DNA of 56,244 nucleotides, from assembly GCA_025453555.1 (NCBI GenBank), contig JALOQC010000009.1, forward strand, positions 1 through 56,244, written 5' to 3'. The stretch is from Myxococcota bacterium. Its GTDB lineage: Bacteria; Myxococcota_A; Polyangia; Polyangiales; Houyiibacteriaceae. Position 1 is the stretch's first letter, and each line of letters opens with the position of its first letter. The notes beneath the pieces are model-generated. The model saw only the letters and a list, made by a program, of their open reading frames with translations, had not been told where the DNA came from and searched no databases. A program made the translations under genes and the position numbers. This document shows, in pieces, positions 19,502 to 29,648 of the stretch.

Positions 19502-21232
19502 TCAGCGGTTCCACGGATCGCGGATGGTGCCGTTCGTGGTGTCCGTGCTCGGCTCGGGCTCGGCGCTCATCGTGCTGGCCGTGGTGGTCGTCGTCACGCT
19601 CGTCGACGTCGACCCGCTGCGACGCGACCGCTCCAGCCGGACCACCACGTCGGCTTGCGCACCCCCGACCAACGTGACCGTGCGTGCGACGTAGCCTTCT
19701 GCGGAGACCTCGAGATTCCACTCTTCGCCCTCCGGGATCCGGAGCGAGAGCGGAGTGTCGCCGAGGTCGGCACCTTCGCGCGTCACGCGCGCCACGGCGG
19801 GCTCGCTGACGACCCGCGTGAGGTGGACGATCCGCTCGGCGGGCGCCGGCTCGGAGGGTGTGGGCTCGACGGCGTTCGTCGGATTCGTCGGAGCGGTCTG
19901 CGTCTCCGGGAGCGGCGTCGCCATCGGCGGCGCTCGACCCACGTCGATCACGGGCATCGAGGGCGGACCTGCGACTGGCGCTCGTTCCTCGCCGGGCACG
20001 AAGAGCGCTGCGAGCACCGCGCCGGTCACGAAGAGGAGCACGAGCCCGATGCGGAGCGCCCACGTGAGCGCGCTCGAGCCCGGCGCCGACGCGGCGGGTG
20101 GCGCGTCGAAGGGCGCTGCGCCGGCGGCGACCGACGGCGTCGCGAACGAGGGCGCGGGCTGATCGAGCTGAGCCGCGGTCTGCGGGACGAGCTGCGAGGG
20201 CGACGCCGCGACCTGAGAGGGCGAGACGGCCACCTGAGAGGGCGAGACTGCTTGCGACGCCACGCTCCACGCCACCGACGGTTCCTGACGCGCGACCATC
20301 GACGGCTCGCGCATCAAGGTCGGCTTGCCGTCGAGCTCGGCGTCGGTGTCCTCGGGAGCGAGCGCGGCGTGCTTGAGCGCCTCCACGATCTGCCCGAGCC
20401 ACGCGAACCGGTCGTCGGGCTTCTTCTGCAGACACTTCTGCACGATGTCCTCGAGCCGCTGGCTCGCGCGACATTCCGGGAAGAGCTCGCGCAGCTTCGG
20501 GGGCGCCTGGTAGACGTGCGCCCGCATCGCCTCGAACTGAGAGCCGTCGGGGAAGGGTGGCTTCCCCGTCAGCATGAAGCACAACATCGCGCCGAACGCG
20601 TAGATGTCTGCGCGATGATCGACGTCGCTTCCGCGCACCTGCTCCGGCGCCATGTACCGCGGAGAGCCGAGCATGATCCCGCTTTGAGTGAGGCGATTCT
20701 TCTTGTCGTCCTCTTGGCGGCTCACCATCTTCACGAGCCCGAAGTCGAGGACCTTCACGAAGAGCGGGTCGCCGCTCCGGTGCGTGATCATCACGTTGCT
20801 GGGCTTCAGATCGCGGTGCACCAGGCCTTGCGCGTGCGCGTCCTGGAGCGAGCTCGCCACCTGCAGCGCGACGTGGATCGCGTCCTCCGTGAGCGTCTTT
20901 CCCTCCAGGTACTCCATCGCGAAGTACAGGAGGTCGCCGTCCCGGCCGTAGTCGTGGACCACGATCGTGTGCGGGTGATGGAGGTTCGCGACGGCGGCCG
21001 CCTCCAGCAGGAAGCGCTTCGAGAAGCTCTCGTCCAGATCCGGATTCGGCGGTTGTTTCAGGACCTTGACCGCGACGGGACGTCCGAGCGGCACCTGCTC
21101 GGCGCGGTACACGACGCCCATGCCGCCCGCCGCGAGCCGCCGCTCGATCTTGAAACGGCCTCCCACGAGCGTGCCGAGGAGCGTGTCCGCTTCTGCGCTG
21201 CGCGGCATCTGAGGGGAGGACGAGCCGGACAT
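19502..21232 (-). CDS. Membrane Ser/Thr protein kinase with a C-terminal PEGA-like domain
   Basis: AAGGMGVVY, VAVK, HRDLKPSN, DFG, GSPRYMAPEQ; TM segment and SEPAVA.V....LGDTPL. Confidence 0.94.
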   Translation of the reverse strand: MSGSSSPQMPRSAEADTLLGTLVGGRFKIERRLAAGGMGVVYRAEQVPLGRPVAVKVLKQPPNPDLDESFSKRFLLEAAAVANLHHPHTIVVHDYGRDGDLLYFAMEYLEGKTLTEDAIHVALQVASSLQDAHAQGLVHRDLKPSNVMITHRSGDPLFVKVLDFGLVKMVSRQEDDKKNRLTQSGIMLGSPRYMAPEQVRGSDVDHRADIYAFGAMLCFMLTGKPPFPDGSQFEAMRAHVYQAPPKLRELFPECRASQRLEDIVQKCLQKKPDDRFAWLGQIVEALKHAALAPEDTDAELDGKPTLMREPSMVARQEPSVAWSVASQAVSPSQVAVSPSQVAASPSQLVPQTAAQLDQPAPSFATPSVAAGAAPFDAPPAASAPGSSALTWALRIGLVLLFVTGAVLAALFVPGEERAPVAGPPSMPVIDVGRAPPMATPLPETQTAPTNPTNAVEPTPSEPAPAERIVHLTRVVSEPAVARVTREGADLGDTPLSLRIPEGEEWNLEVSAEGYVARTVTLVGGAQADVVVRLERSRRSGSTSTSVTTTTTASTMSAEPEPSTDTTNGTIRDPWNR

Positions 21233-21341
21233 CTCGGGAGGCACGATATCACGAACGCCGCGCGCGGCACTGCGGACGAGGGGCTCCGAGCGACGAGCGG
21301 CGGGACGCGATGCAGCCCGCATGCGACGCGGCGCCGGTCCG

Positions 21342-21914
21342 TCAACGGGCGGCGAGCGCCTGCTCTCGGTAGTGCGCCGCGCACACCGGAACGTACTTCT
21401 CGTCCGCCCCGAGCACGACCTGGGGCCCCTCGAAGACCCCGTGCCCGTCGACCATCCGGAGGTTGAAGATGGCCTTCTTTCCGCAGAAGTAGCAGGTCAC
21501 CTTCACCTCTTCGATCGCGTCCGCGAGCTCGAGGAGGCGCTTGCTACCCACGAACAGACGCGCCAGGAAGTCGGTTCGAAGCCCGTAACAAATCACCGGC
21601 ACGCCGTGTACGATCGTCAGCTCGCGGAGGTCTTCGATGTTCTTCTCCGAAAGGAACTGCGCTTCGTCGACGAGCACACAATCCAGGTTCGAGAGCTCCT
21701 CCATCGGGAGATCGTCTTCCGGTCCGACCAGGAAGTCGGCCTCCGCCTCCAGGCCCGAGCGGCTCCGGATGGCAGCCTCGCCGAAGCGAACGTCGAGCCG
21801 CGGCTTCATCAGAGCGCAGCGCTTGCCTTGCTTGCGGTAGTTGTGCGCGACCGCGAGCAGGTTGAGCGTCTTGGCACTGTCCATGGTGCCGTAGCGGAAG
21901 TAGAGCTTGGCCAC
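21342..21914 (-). CDS. tdk: Thymidine kinase
   Basis: LYFRYGTMDSAKT, VLVDEAQF, CYGLRTDF, Zn-binding CYFC and final YVPVC..HY. Confidence 0.96.
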   Translation of the reverse strand: MAKLYFRYGTMDSAKTLNLLAVAHNYRKQGKRCALMKPRLDVRFGEAAIRSRSGLEAEADFLVGPEDDLPMEELSNLDCVLVDEAQFLSEKNIEDLRELTIVHGVPVICYGLRTDFLARLFVGSKRLLELADAIEEVKVTCYFCGKKAIFNLRMVDGHGVFEGPQVVLGADEKYVPVCAAHYREQALAAR

Positions 21915-22136
21915 GGCGCCCGTGTAGCAGGTCTCCCCGCCGTAGGAGAAGCGCCCCGACCTCGCGCGTTCGACGCTCGCCTGGAGGGCGACGAACGAGG
22001 CGTCCCGCTGAACGCGGTCGCTCTCTGCTCAGCCTCTCCGAGATGCTCGCGAAGCGCGCGTAGGGCACGCGCGAGACGCCCCGAGCGTTGCGCTCGCAGC
22101 GAGGATCTCCTCGGCGAAGCTCGCGGGAGAGCGCGC

Positions 22137-23387
22137 TCAGCGCGGAGGGAAGGGGCTCGTGAAGCTTCCGTGGGTGAGCGTCTGGCGCTTGAGCTGCTCG
22201 AGCTCCTGGGGGGTCTCGAAGGCCTCGTCGAGGCGGAGGCCGAGGGTCTGCGCGAGACGCCAGAGGAACTTCACGCCGACCACGGGGTTGCGCTGCACCA
22301 CCGAATAGAACGCTTCGCGCGAGAGGTGGAGCAAGCGGCACTCGCCCGCCGCGCGCACCGTGGCGCTACGCGGTCGTTGATTCAGGAGCGCCATCTCGCC
22401 GAAGTGCGAACCGGAGGGCAGCCGAGCCACTACCTTGCCGTTGCGGCTCACCTCGACCTCGCCGTCGACGATCACGAAGAGCCCCTCCGTGCCGTCGCCC
22501 TGCGCGAGGATCACGTCGCCCGCGGGCACGAAGAGCGACTCGATGGCGGAGCAGACCTGCGTGAGCTCCGCGAGGTCGAGCTCCGAGAAGAGGTGCACGT
22601 GGCGCAGCGCGGTGTGGTCCGCGTTGACCTGCGTGGCGCGCACGAGCTCCTCTTCCACCGCCGGGACCGAAGCCTCGGCCGCGAGCACGAGCGCGGTGAT
22701 GTTGTCGGACCCGCCGCGCTCGTTGGCGATGGTCACCAGACGCTCGGCGACCTTCGGTCCCTGCCCGAGCAGCGCGACGAGCTCGGCGTCGTCCTCGAAG
22801 TACTGGTGGAGCCCGTCGCTGCAGAGCAGCAGCACGTCCCCCAACAGGACGTCGAACACCAACAGATCCACCATCACGCGCTCCTGCGGTCCGACCGCGC
22901 GCGTCACGATGTTCCCGTGGTCGCTCTCCTTCGCTTGCTGCGGCGTGAGCACGCCCTGCCGCACCGCCTCGGCGAGGAAGGTGTGATCGTTGGAGAGCTG
23001 GTGGAGCTCCCCTCGTCGCGCGACGTAGAGCCGGCTGTCGCCGACGTGCGCGAGGATGCCCTTGCCACCACCGATCAGCAGCGCCGTGCACGTCGTGCCC
23101 ATCCCGCGGCGGCTCCGGTCGCTCTTGCCGAGCTCGTGCACGCGCTGGTTCGCCCGCTCGACCGCGGTACGCAACGCGGGCCCCGCCACGGCTGGGTCGG
23201 AGCTCACGCCCACGATGGCCTCGCGGATCGTCTCTGCCGCGGTCCGGCTCGCGACCTCACCCGCCGCGTGCCCACCCATCCCGTCGCAGACGACGTAGAG
23301 CCCGAGGGCGTCGTCGACGAGAAAGAAGTCTTCGTTGTGACTCCGCGTCCGGCCGACGTCGGTTCGCCCCTCCACCTGCCACCGCAT
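22137..23387 (-). CDS. PP2C-family Ser/Thr phosphatase fused to a cyclic-nucleotide-binding domain
   Basis: TDVGRTRSHNED, VCDGMGGH, GMGTT, HVGDSR, LLCSDGL, GGSDNIT; C-terminal FGEMALL..PRSATVRA. Confidence 0.93.
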   Translation of the reverse strand: MRWQVEGRTDVGRTRSHNEDFFLVDDALGLYVVCDGMGGHAAGEVASRTAAETIREAIVGVSSDPAVAGPALRTAVERANQRVHELGKSDRSRRGMGTTCTALLIGGGKGILAHVGDSRLYVARRGELHQLSNDHTFLAEAVRQGVLTPQQAKESDHGNIVTRAVGPQERVMVDLLVFDVLLGDVLLLCSDGLHQYFEDDAELVALLGQGPKVAERLVTIANERGGSDNITALVLAAEASVPAVEEELVRATQVNADHTALRHVHLFSELDLAELTQVCSAIESLFVPAGDVILAQGDGTEGLFVIVDGEVEVSRNGKVVARLPSGSHFGEMALLNQRPRSATVRAAGECRLLHLSREAFYSVVQRNPVVGVKFLWRLAQTLGLRLDEAFETPQELEQLKRQTLTHGSFTSPFPPR

Positions 23388-23571
23388 GCGGAAGCCTGCC
23401 ACCGCATGCGGAAGCCAGGCTACCAGCGCGACGGGCGATCGAGCAATCGCGACCCACCAGCGCACGCGGGAGATCGACTGGCCCTCATCCGCGGCTGCGG
23501 AGCTCGAGGTGTCGATCGACCACGAGCCGAGTCGGGGCTCAGTCTACTGTTCGAGTGATCGCGATCTTCCC

Positions 23572-24669
23572 TCAATCGGGGAAGGTGCCGTTTCGGATCC
23601 ACTCTTCGATCACTTCGAGCCCCTCGGTGTGCACGACCTCGGTGGCGATCTGCGGCATTTGTCCTGCGCCTCGGATCCCCATGCGCAAGTACACCGCACT
23701 ACCCTCCGGGTTGCCGGGGGCGACACGTTGAAGAGCCGTCTCGGGGGACATCGGATCGCGCCAACCGGCCATGGCGCGAACAGCGGTGCGAAAGACCGCG
23801 CTCTCCGTCACGTCGCCGAGCTCCGCTTCGACCCACAACCCGAGCCCACCGCCAGGCGCGGGAACCGCGCCGTTTGCAGGTCCGTGGCAATGCCCGCAGT
23901 TAGCGTGCAAGTAGCCGAGCGCCGCGACGGTGGCTTCATCGCCTGGAATTGCGCCTTCGTCGTTCGTGACCGTTTCCGACACGAGCTCGAGCTCCGCCAG
24001 CGTCGCCAGGTTGGTCTCCGTGTCCTCGTGGGCGAGCTGGATGGTTCCGAAACCCAAGACGCCGTCGGGCGAGCCTCCGCCCGCAGGACCGTGGCACTGG
24101 ACGCACATCGCCTGCGAAGGGATGTCGTGCCCCGTGTCGAGCACGTTCGACTCGCCGTCGACCACCTCCGTCACCGATGTCCCGTCCTCGCTCCACCGGT
24201 ACGTGCGGAATTGCCAATTGAACGCGCCCGTGCCGCTCTCGGTCTTCTCCATCACGCGCGTCTCGAGCCGACGTCCATCCAGGGAGAACGTCTTCCAGAT
24301 CTTCGTCCCCACCGGGAAGACCCACGCGTCGCGGTTCCGGGTGTCGATGACGGAGCCTTCGGGGAAGCGGATGAAACGTTCCTTGTCGGTCGCGTCGCTC
24401 CAGAGCCAGAAGCGTGGGGAGTACGCGAGGATGTCCGGGCCGACGTTCTCGCAGGTCGAGTCGACGTAGAGGCCGAGGGCTTCCGCGCACGCGGGGCCGG
24501 GCGGGCCGGAGTCGATGCCCGCATCCGCTTCGCCGGCGTCGGTGCCGGAGTCGTCGATGCCGGAGTCCGTGCCTTCGCCCGCGTCGGTTCCGCCGTCGGG
24601 GAACGTCGCGTCGTCGTCGCCGCAGCCGATCAGAACGAGCATCAGGAGCAGGGTTCCGGTGCGATTCAT
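23572..24669 (-). CDS. Diheme c-type cytochrome lipoprotein (SO2930-like domain)
   Basis: Lipobox LIGC; CVQCH and GYLHANCGHCH; LWSD..K.R.I..P.G, FPVGT..KTF, ETR and QMP motifs. Confidence 0.8.
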   Translation of the reverse strand: MNRTGTLLLMLVLIGCGDDDATFPDGGTDAGEGTDSGIDDSGTDAGEADAGIDSGPPGPACAEALGLYVDSTCENVGPDILAYSPRFWLWSDATDKERFIRFPEGSVIDTRNRDAWVFPVGTKIWKTFSLDGRRLETRVMEKTESGTGAFNWQFRTYRWSEDGTSVTEVVDGESNVLDTGHDIPSQAMCVQCHGPAGGGSPDGVLGFGTIQLAHEDTETNLATLAELELVSETVTNDEGAIPGDEATVAALGYLHANCGHCHGPANGAVPAPGGGLGLWVEAELGDVTESAVFRTAVRAMAGWRDPMSPETALQRVAPGNPEGSAVYLRMGIRGAGQMPQIATEVVHTEGLEVIEEWIRNGTFPD

Positions 24670-25073
24670 CGTTGGAGCCTCGCGAATGGGATCGAAGGGC
24701 AGACGGTCGAGGTGTGGAGGAGCAGGAGAAGCAGGGTCGCGAACGTTCGTTCGTGAGAGGTCGAGGACCGGGTCACCAGCGTGCCCGCGTGGACTCGAGG
24801 GGAATCCGGGCTCCGCGAACCATTTGCGGACCCTTGCGGACCCTTGCGGGCCTGGCGATTCGCGTTTTCGGAATCCGCCGCGGAACTAGTGACCGGCGCG
24901 CCTCCCGAGCGGTATGCTACGCCACGTCGTCGCGCCCGGACAGGCTCGACGTGCACGCGGATGCGTCGAACGAGCGCGCCGCGGGACGATGGCACGGCGA
25001 GCTGGCCAGCGTGATGGGGCAAAGGGGCGCCTCCACTCGACGGGGTGGGAGGCGAGGATGGGAAGGTAAACGC

Positions 25074-25982
25074 ATGAGCCGTTGGCTTTGGTTGGGGCTG
25101 TTCGCCCTCACCGTCGAGAGCGTCGTGAGCGGAGCAGGTGTCGCGAAGGCGCAGACCGATCCGCCGCCCGTTCAGGTCACCGAGAGCACGCAGACCACGC
25201 GGACGGACGAGAGCCTCGACCAGGCCGCGCGGCTCACCTTCCAAGCGGCGCGCGAGGCGTTCAGCAACGGCGACTACGAGACCGCGCTCGATCGCTTCAC
25301 GCAGGCGTACAGCCTGAGCCCGCGTCCGGTGTTGCTCTACAACATCGGCGTCACGCTCGATCGTCTGCGCCGCGACGAAGAGGCGGTCGCGCGCTTCACC
25401 GAGTACCTCGAGCGCGTGCCGGACGCGCCCGATCGGGCCGAGGTCGAGGCGCGAATTCGCGTGCTCCAACGCGCGATCGACGAGCGTCGTGCCCAAGAGG
25501 CGGCGCGCGAGGAGCAGGAGCGCATCGCGCGGGAGGAGGCCGAGCGGCTCGAGCGCGAACGTCAGCAGCGCGAGCGTCAGGGCGGCGGCACGACCCCGGT
25601 CGAAGAGGAGAGCTCGGGCTTGCATCCGGCGATCGCGCTCTCGGTCGGTGGGATCGCGCTCGCGACCGGCGGCCTGATCGTGTGGAGCGGGCTCGACGCG
25701 AGCAGCCGCAACGACGAGTACGAGGAGTACACCGAGCCCGGCAACGGAGGGATTCGCTCCGAGGGCAAGCGCCTCTACGACCGCGTTCGTGCGGCGGAGA
25801 CTCGAACCAACGCGCTCATCGGCGTCGCGAGCGGTCTCGCCGCGACGGCGGTGGTGCTCGCGATCTTCTCCGACTGGAGCTTCGGAGGCGGCGAGGACGC
25901 CGACCCGAGCGAGCCCAGCACCACCGTCGAAGGCGGCCCGACGTCGGGCGGCTTCCAGCTCGGGCTCACGCACCGCTTCTGA
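25074..25982 (+). CDS. Secreted TPR-repeat protein with a coiled coil and hydrophobic C-terminal region
   Basis: Signal peptide, GDYETAL..F..AY.L...P.LLYNIG TPR, E/R-rich coil and C-terminal LGLTHRF. Confidence 0.8.
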   Translation: MSRWLWLGLFALTVESVVSGAGVAKAQTDPPPVQVTESTQTTRTDESLDQAARLTFQAAREAFSNGDYETALDRFTQAYSLSPRPVLLYNIGVTLDRLRRDEEAVARFTEYLERVPDAPDRAEVEARIRVLQRAIDERRAQEAAREEQERIAREEAERLERERQQRERQGGGTTPVEEESSGLHPAIALSVGGIALATGGLIVWSGLDASSRNDEYEEYTEPGNGGIRSEGKRLYDRVRAAETRTNALIGVASGLAATAVVLAIFSDWSFGGGEDADPSEPSTTVEGGPTSGGFQLGLTHRF

Positions 25983-25997
25983 TCGCATTTGCCGAGG

Positions 25998-27107
25998 ATG
26001 AACCCCATGCTTCGACTCTCGACGCTTCGACTCTCGACCGCGACCTCGATCGCGCTCTTGCTCGCGGTGGCAGGCTGCTCGCTGGCCGACGCTTCGCGGT
26101 ACCAAGCGTTGCCGGAAGGACCGGTGGACGGAGGGACGGCGGACGCCGACGGCGCGACGCCGGATCCGGACTCGGGCATGGACGCCGGGCCGCCGGACCA
26201 GCTCGCGGTGGACGCCTGCGGCGACGACGACGTCTACGTGATCACCGACTCCGAGGAAGGCATCCTCGTCGACACGCGGCCCTTCGCGAGCGACGTCAAC
26301 AGCCTCCCCGGAAGCTGCGGTGTGAGCGCGCCCGGACCGGACGCTTTCTTCGCGGTCGACGTCCAGGCCGGCGAGTATTGGCACTTTCACCTCGCGGTCT
26401 CTCCGACGGATCCGGACCGTGTGAACCGCGACCCGATCCTCTACCTCCTCAACGCGTCGTGCGCGGAGACGCAGTGCTCCCGCGAGCTCTTCGCGAACTA
26501 CTGCGACAGCGCCGGCGACGAGCACTTCGGCTTCCAGTTCAACGAGTCGGGGCGCTGGTACATCGGCATCGACGATGGCAACCCGAGCGGCGGCCTCTAC
26601 ACGCTCGGCGCGTACCGTCCGACGTGCAACGGCACCGCGCCGGCCGAGCACGGCGAGTCGTGCGACGGCGAGGAAGGCTGCACGGAGGACTGCCGGCGCG
26701 TGATCGACGAGGATTCGGTCACCGAGTCGGGCTTCAGCTTCAACGTTCAGGAGGCGAACCTGATCCGGTTGTCGGCCGGGAACGAGCTGACGTTCGAGGG
26801 CGACGTCGGCGGGTTCGAAGGCTGCGCGTACCCGGACGTGTTCGCGATCGACATCCCGATGGGCGCCACGCTCACGGTGGAGGAGCTCGGCCCGGACGGG
26901 ATGACCTGCACGGGAGCGGGCGCGTCGTCGATCCAGATCGCCATCCAGAGCCGCACCGGCATGGTCCGCGCGCGCAGCAACGCGATGAACGGCTGCGCGG
27001 TGGTGAGCTCGACCTTCGCAGCCGAGGGACGCTTCTTCTTGGTGGTCACCGACGCGCGTGCGGACACTCGCACGCCGTACGCGTACCGGCTTCACGTCAG
27101 CTACTGA
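25998..27107 (+). CDS. Cys-containing lipoprotein with two PPC-like beta-sandwich domains
   Basis: Lipobox VAGC, DAG linker, SCG..APGPD.F, DP.LYLL, GRWYIGID, D.FAIDIP...LTV; GESCD spacer. Confidence 0.6.
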   Translation: MNPMLRLSTLRLSTATSIALLLAVAGCSLADASRYQALPEGPVDGGTADADGATPDPDSGMDAGPPDQLAVDACGDDDVYVITDSEEGILVDTRPFASDVNSLPGSCGVSAPGPDAFFAVDVQAGEYWHFHLAVSPTDPDRVNRDPILYLLNASCAETQCSRELFANYCDSAGDEHFGFQFNESGRWYIGIDDGNPSGGLYTLGAYRPTCNGTAPAEHGESCDGEEGCTEDCRRVIDEDSVTESGFSFNVQEANLIRLSAGNELTFEGDVGGFEGCAYPDVFAIDIPMGATLTVEELGPDGMTCTGAGASSIQIAIQSRTGMVRARSNAMNGCAVVSSTFAAEGRFFLVVTDARADTRTPYAYRLHVSY

Positions 27108-27146
27108 CGTTCTTCGATTCTTCGGCACTTCTCGGGGGGAACCACG

Positions 27147-29552
27147 ATGCGCTCGGCTCTCGTCTGCGTCGCACGCTTCGCACGCTCGGCACCCATCGCG
27201 GCGGCGCTCGTCGCTTCCTTGGCGATGCCCAGCTCGGCGTTCGCGTTCGAGTACTACGCTGCGCGCGTGCCTCGCACGGCATCCGCGTCCGACTCGGTCG
27301 GCACGCCGCGGCCGTGCATCACGTGTCACAACAACGCCGACGGCGGACAAGGGTGCGAGACGATGGGCGGCACGCGCCCGTGTCTCAATCCCTTCGGCGT
27401 CGCGTTCCGCACCAATGGGTTCCGATGGACGCGGGAGCTCGCGGAGCTCGACTCGGACGGCGACGGCTTCACGAACGGGCAAGAGCTCCAGGATCCGAGC
27501 GGGAGCTGGCGACCGGGGCAGGCCAGCCCCGGGAACTCGGCCTACGTCACGCGTCCGGGCTTCCCGAGCAGCAGCCCCGGCAGCACCGACATGGACGGCG
27601 ACGACCACTGCTGGTTCGGACGTGACAGCAACGGCGACGGCGACTGCACGGACGCCGGAGAGAACGACGGGGCGCGCGATTGCAACGACTCCGACCCGAC
27701 GGTGAACAGCAGCGCGGCGGAGATCTGCAGCAACGCGATCGACAACGACTGCAACGGCCTACCGACGCTCAGCGATCCCGCGTGCATGGACGTGGTCGAC
27801 CGGGACGGCGACGGTTTCTGCCGGATGGGGCGCGACCTCAACGGCGATCGCGACTGCATCGACGGCGCGGGTGAGCTCACGGCGGACGTCGACTGCAACG
27901 ACGACAACGTGACGGTGTTCCCCGGCGCGCGCGAGAACTGCGCGGACGGGCTCGACAACGACTGCAACGGCGTGGCGGACGCGGCGGACTCGATGTGCCG
28001 CGGTGACGTCGACAACGACGGCGACGGCTACTGTCCGATCGGTCGCGACCTCAACGGCGATCGGAGCTGTCTCGATCCGGGCGAGGCGGACGGAGGCTTC
28101 GACTGCGACGACACCCGCGTCGACGTGAACCCCGGACAAACGGAGATGTGCACGGACGGGGTCGACAACGACTGCAACGGTCTCGCCGACTTTCGCGACC
28201 CCGTCTGCGCGGGATTCTTCGACGCGGACGGTGACGGTCATTGCCCGCTCGGCGAGGACCTCAACCGCGACGGAGACTGCATCGACGCAGACGAAGCGGC
28301 CGGAGAGCCCGACTGCGACGATACGGACCCGTTGGTGAGCCCGAGCGCGACCGAGGTGTGCACCAACGGCGGCGACGACGACTGCGACGGGCTCGTGAGC
28401 CTCGCGGACCCCGATTGCGCGGGCTACCTCGACACGGACGGCGATCGGTACTGCTTCGTCGGCTTCGACATGAACCGCGACGGAGACTGCGCGGACCCCG
28501 AAGAAGAGGGCGGTGCGTCCGACTGCGACGACACGCGCGCAGAGGTGAACCCGACCGTCGAAGAGGCGTGTACGGCGGCGGAGCTCGCCACGTGTGGTTC
28601 GTTCTGCACGAACGGGCTCGACGACGACTGCGACGGGAGCCTCGACGGTTTCGACCCCGGTTGTGCGATGGACTTCCGCGACTTCGATGGCGACGGCTGG
28701 TGCGGGGTCGGTCCCGATCTGAACACGGACGGAGACTGCTCCGACGAGGGCGAGCAGGTCGGACCCGCGGACGCGCGCCCGAACGACCCGACGGTGTACC
28801 CGGGTGCACCCGAGAACTGCGTCGACATGCGCGACAACGACCAGGACGGCATGGTCGACGAGGCGGAGTACTGCACGCGTGACGTGGATGCGGACGCGGA
28901 CGGGTTCTGCCCGATCGGGCGTGACGTGAACGGCGACGGCGACTGTCTCGACGACGAGCTCGGCGAGAACTTCTACGCGAGCGACTGCGACGAGAGCGAC
29001 CCTGCGCGCAACCCCGGCGCCGAAGAGGCGTGCTTCGATCGTCGCGACAACGACTGCGACGGCTTCGTGGATCTCGACGACTCGTCGTGTTTCTACCTGC
29101 TCGATCGGGACGGCGACGGCTTCTGCGGGCGCGGCATCGACGACAACATGGACGGCGACTGCCTCGACGACGAGGAAGACCGCTTCGGCGAGGACTGCGA
29201 CGACACGAACGCGGCGGTCAACGTGCGGGCGACGGAGATCTGCGACAACGGGATCGACGACGACTGCGACGGCGAGATCGACACCTTCGACTCGCAGTGC
29301 CCGTGTCCGGAGAATCACTGCGACGACGACGACCCGTGCACGGAAGACTCGTGCGGGCCGGGTTGGGAGTGCTCGTACAGCCCTGCGGCGGCGTGCATGG
29401 ATGGTGGCGTCGGAGTCGACGCCGGGATGGAAGGCGGCGGAGGCGGCGGCTGTGGCTGCGCCGCGCCGGGAGCCGGGCGCGCGCCGTGGGGCGCGGTGCT
29501 CGTGATGGTCGGTGTGGGGATAGGAGCGCTCGGACGTCGTCGTCGTCGCTGA
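27147..29552 (+). CDS. Surface protein: CxxCH/temptin-like N-domain, 8 Asp/Cys-rich putative metal-binding (MopE-type) repeats, MYXO-CTERM anchor
   Basis: Signal peptide AFA|F, CITCH, NPFG..F...W...L...DSDGDG.TNGQEL.DP; repeats DxDGDG.C...DC.D.....PG..E.C..G.DNDC.G; ends GCGC-TM-RRRRR. Confidence 0.85.
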   Translation: MRSALVCVARFARSAPIAAALVASLAMPSSAFAFEYYAARVPRTASASDSVGTPRPCITCHNNADGGQGCETMGGTRPCLNPFGVAFRTNGFRWTRELAELDSDGDGFTNGQELQDPSGSWRPGQASPGNSAYVTRPGFPSSSPGSTDMDGDDHCWFGRDSNGDGDCTDAGENDGARDCNDSDPTVNSSAAEICSNAIDNDCNGLPTLSDPACMDVVDRDGDGFCRMGRDLNGDRDCIDGAGELTADVDCNDDNVTVFPGARENCADGLDNDCNGVADAADSMCRGDVDNDGDGYCPIGRDLNGDRSCLDPGEADGGFDCDDTRVDVNPGQTEMCTDGVDNDCNGLADFRDPVCAGFFDADGDGHCPLGEDLNRDGDCIDADEAAGEPDCDDTDPLVSPSATEVCTNGGDDDCDGLVSLADPDCAGYLDTDGDRYCFVGFDMNRDGDCADPEEEGGASDCDDTRAEVNPTVEEACTAAELATCGSFCTNGLDDDCDGSLDGFDPGCAMDFRDFDGDGWCGVGPDLNTDGDCSDEGEQVGPADARPNDPTVYPGAPENCVDMRDNDQDGMVDEAEYCTRDVDADADGFCPIGRDVNGDGDCLDDELGENFYASDCDESDPARNPGAEEACFDRRDNDCDGFVDLDDSSCFYLLDRDGDGFCGRGIDDNMDGDCLDDEEDRFGEDCDDTNAAVNVRATEICDNGIDDDCDGEIDTFDSQCPCPENHCDDDDPCTEDSCGPGWECSYSPAAACMDGGVGVDAGMEGGGGGGCGCAAPGAGRAPWGAVLVMVGVGIGALGRRRRR

Positions 29553-29648
29553 ATGATTCGGCGCGGGAAGGCACGAGCTCGGGAAGAGGCATGCCTCGAC
29601 GAAGATCGTCGTCGGGGCGAAGCCGAGAACGATTCGGTGGGGGTGGGC

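Noticed and set aside
24666-27625. 980-aa and 847-aa alternative-frame ORFs
   Set aside because: Shadows of the TPR, lipoprotein and stalk genes.
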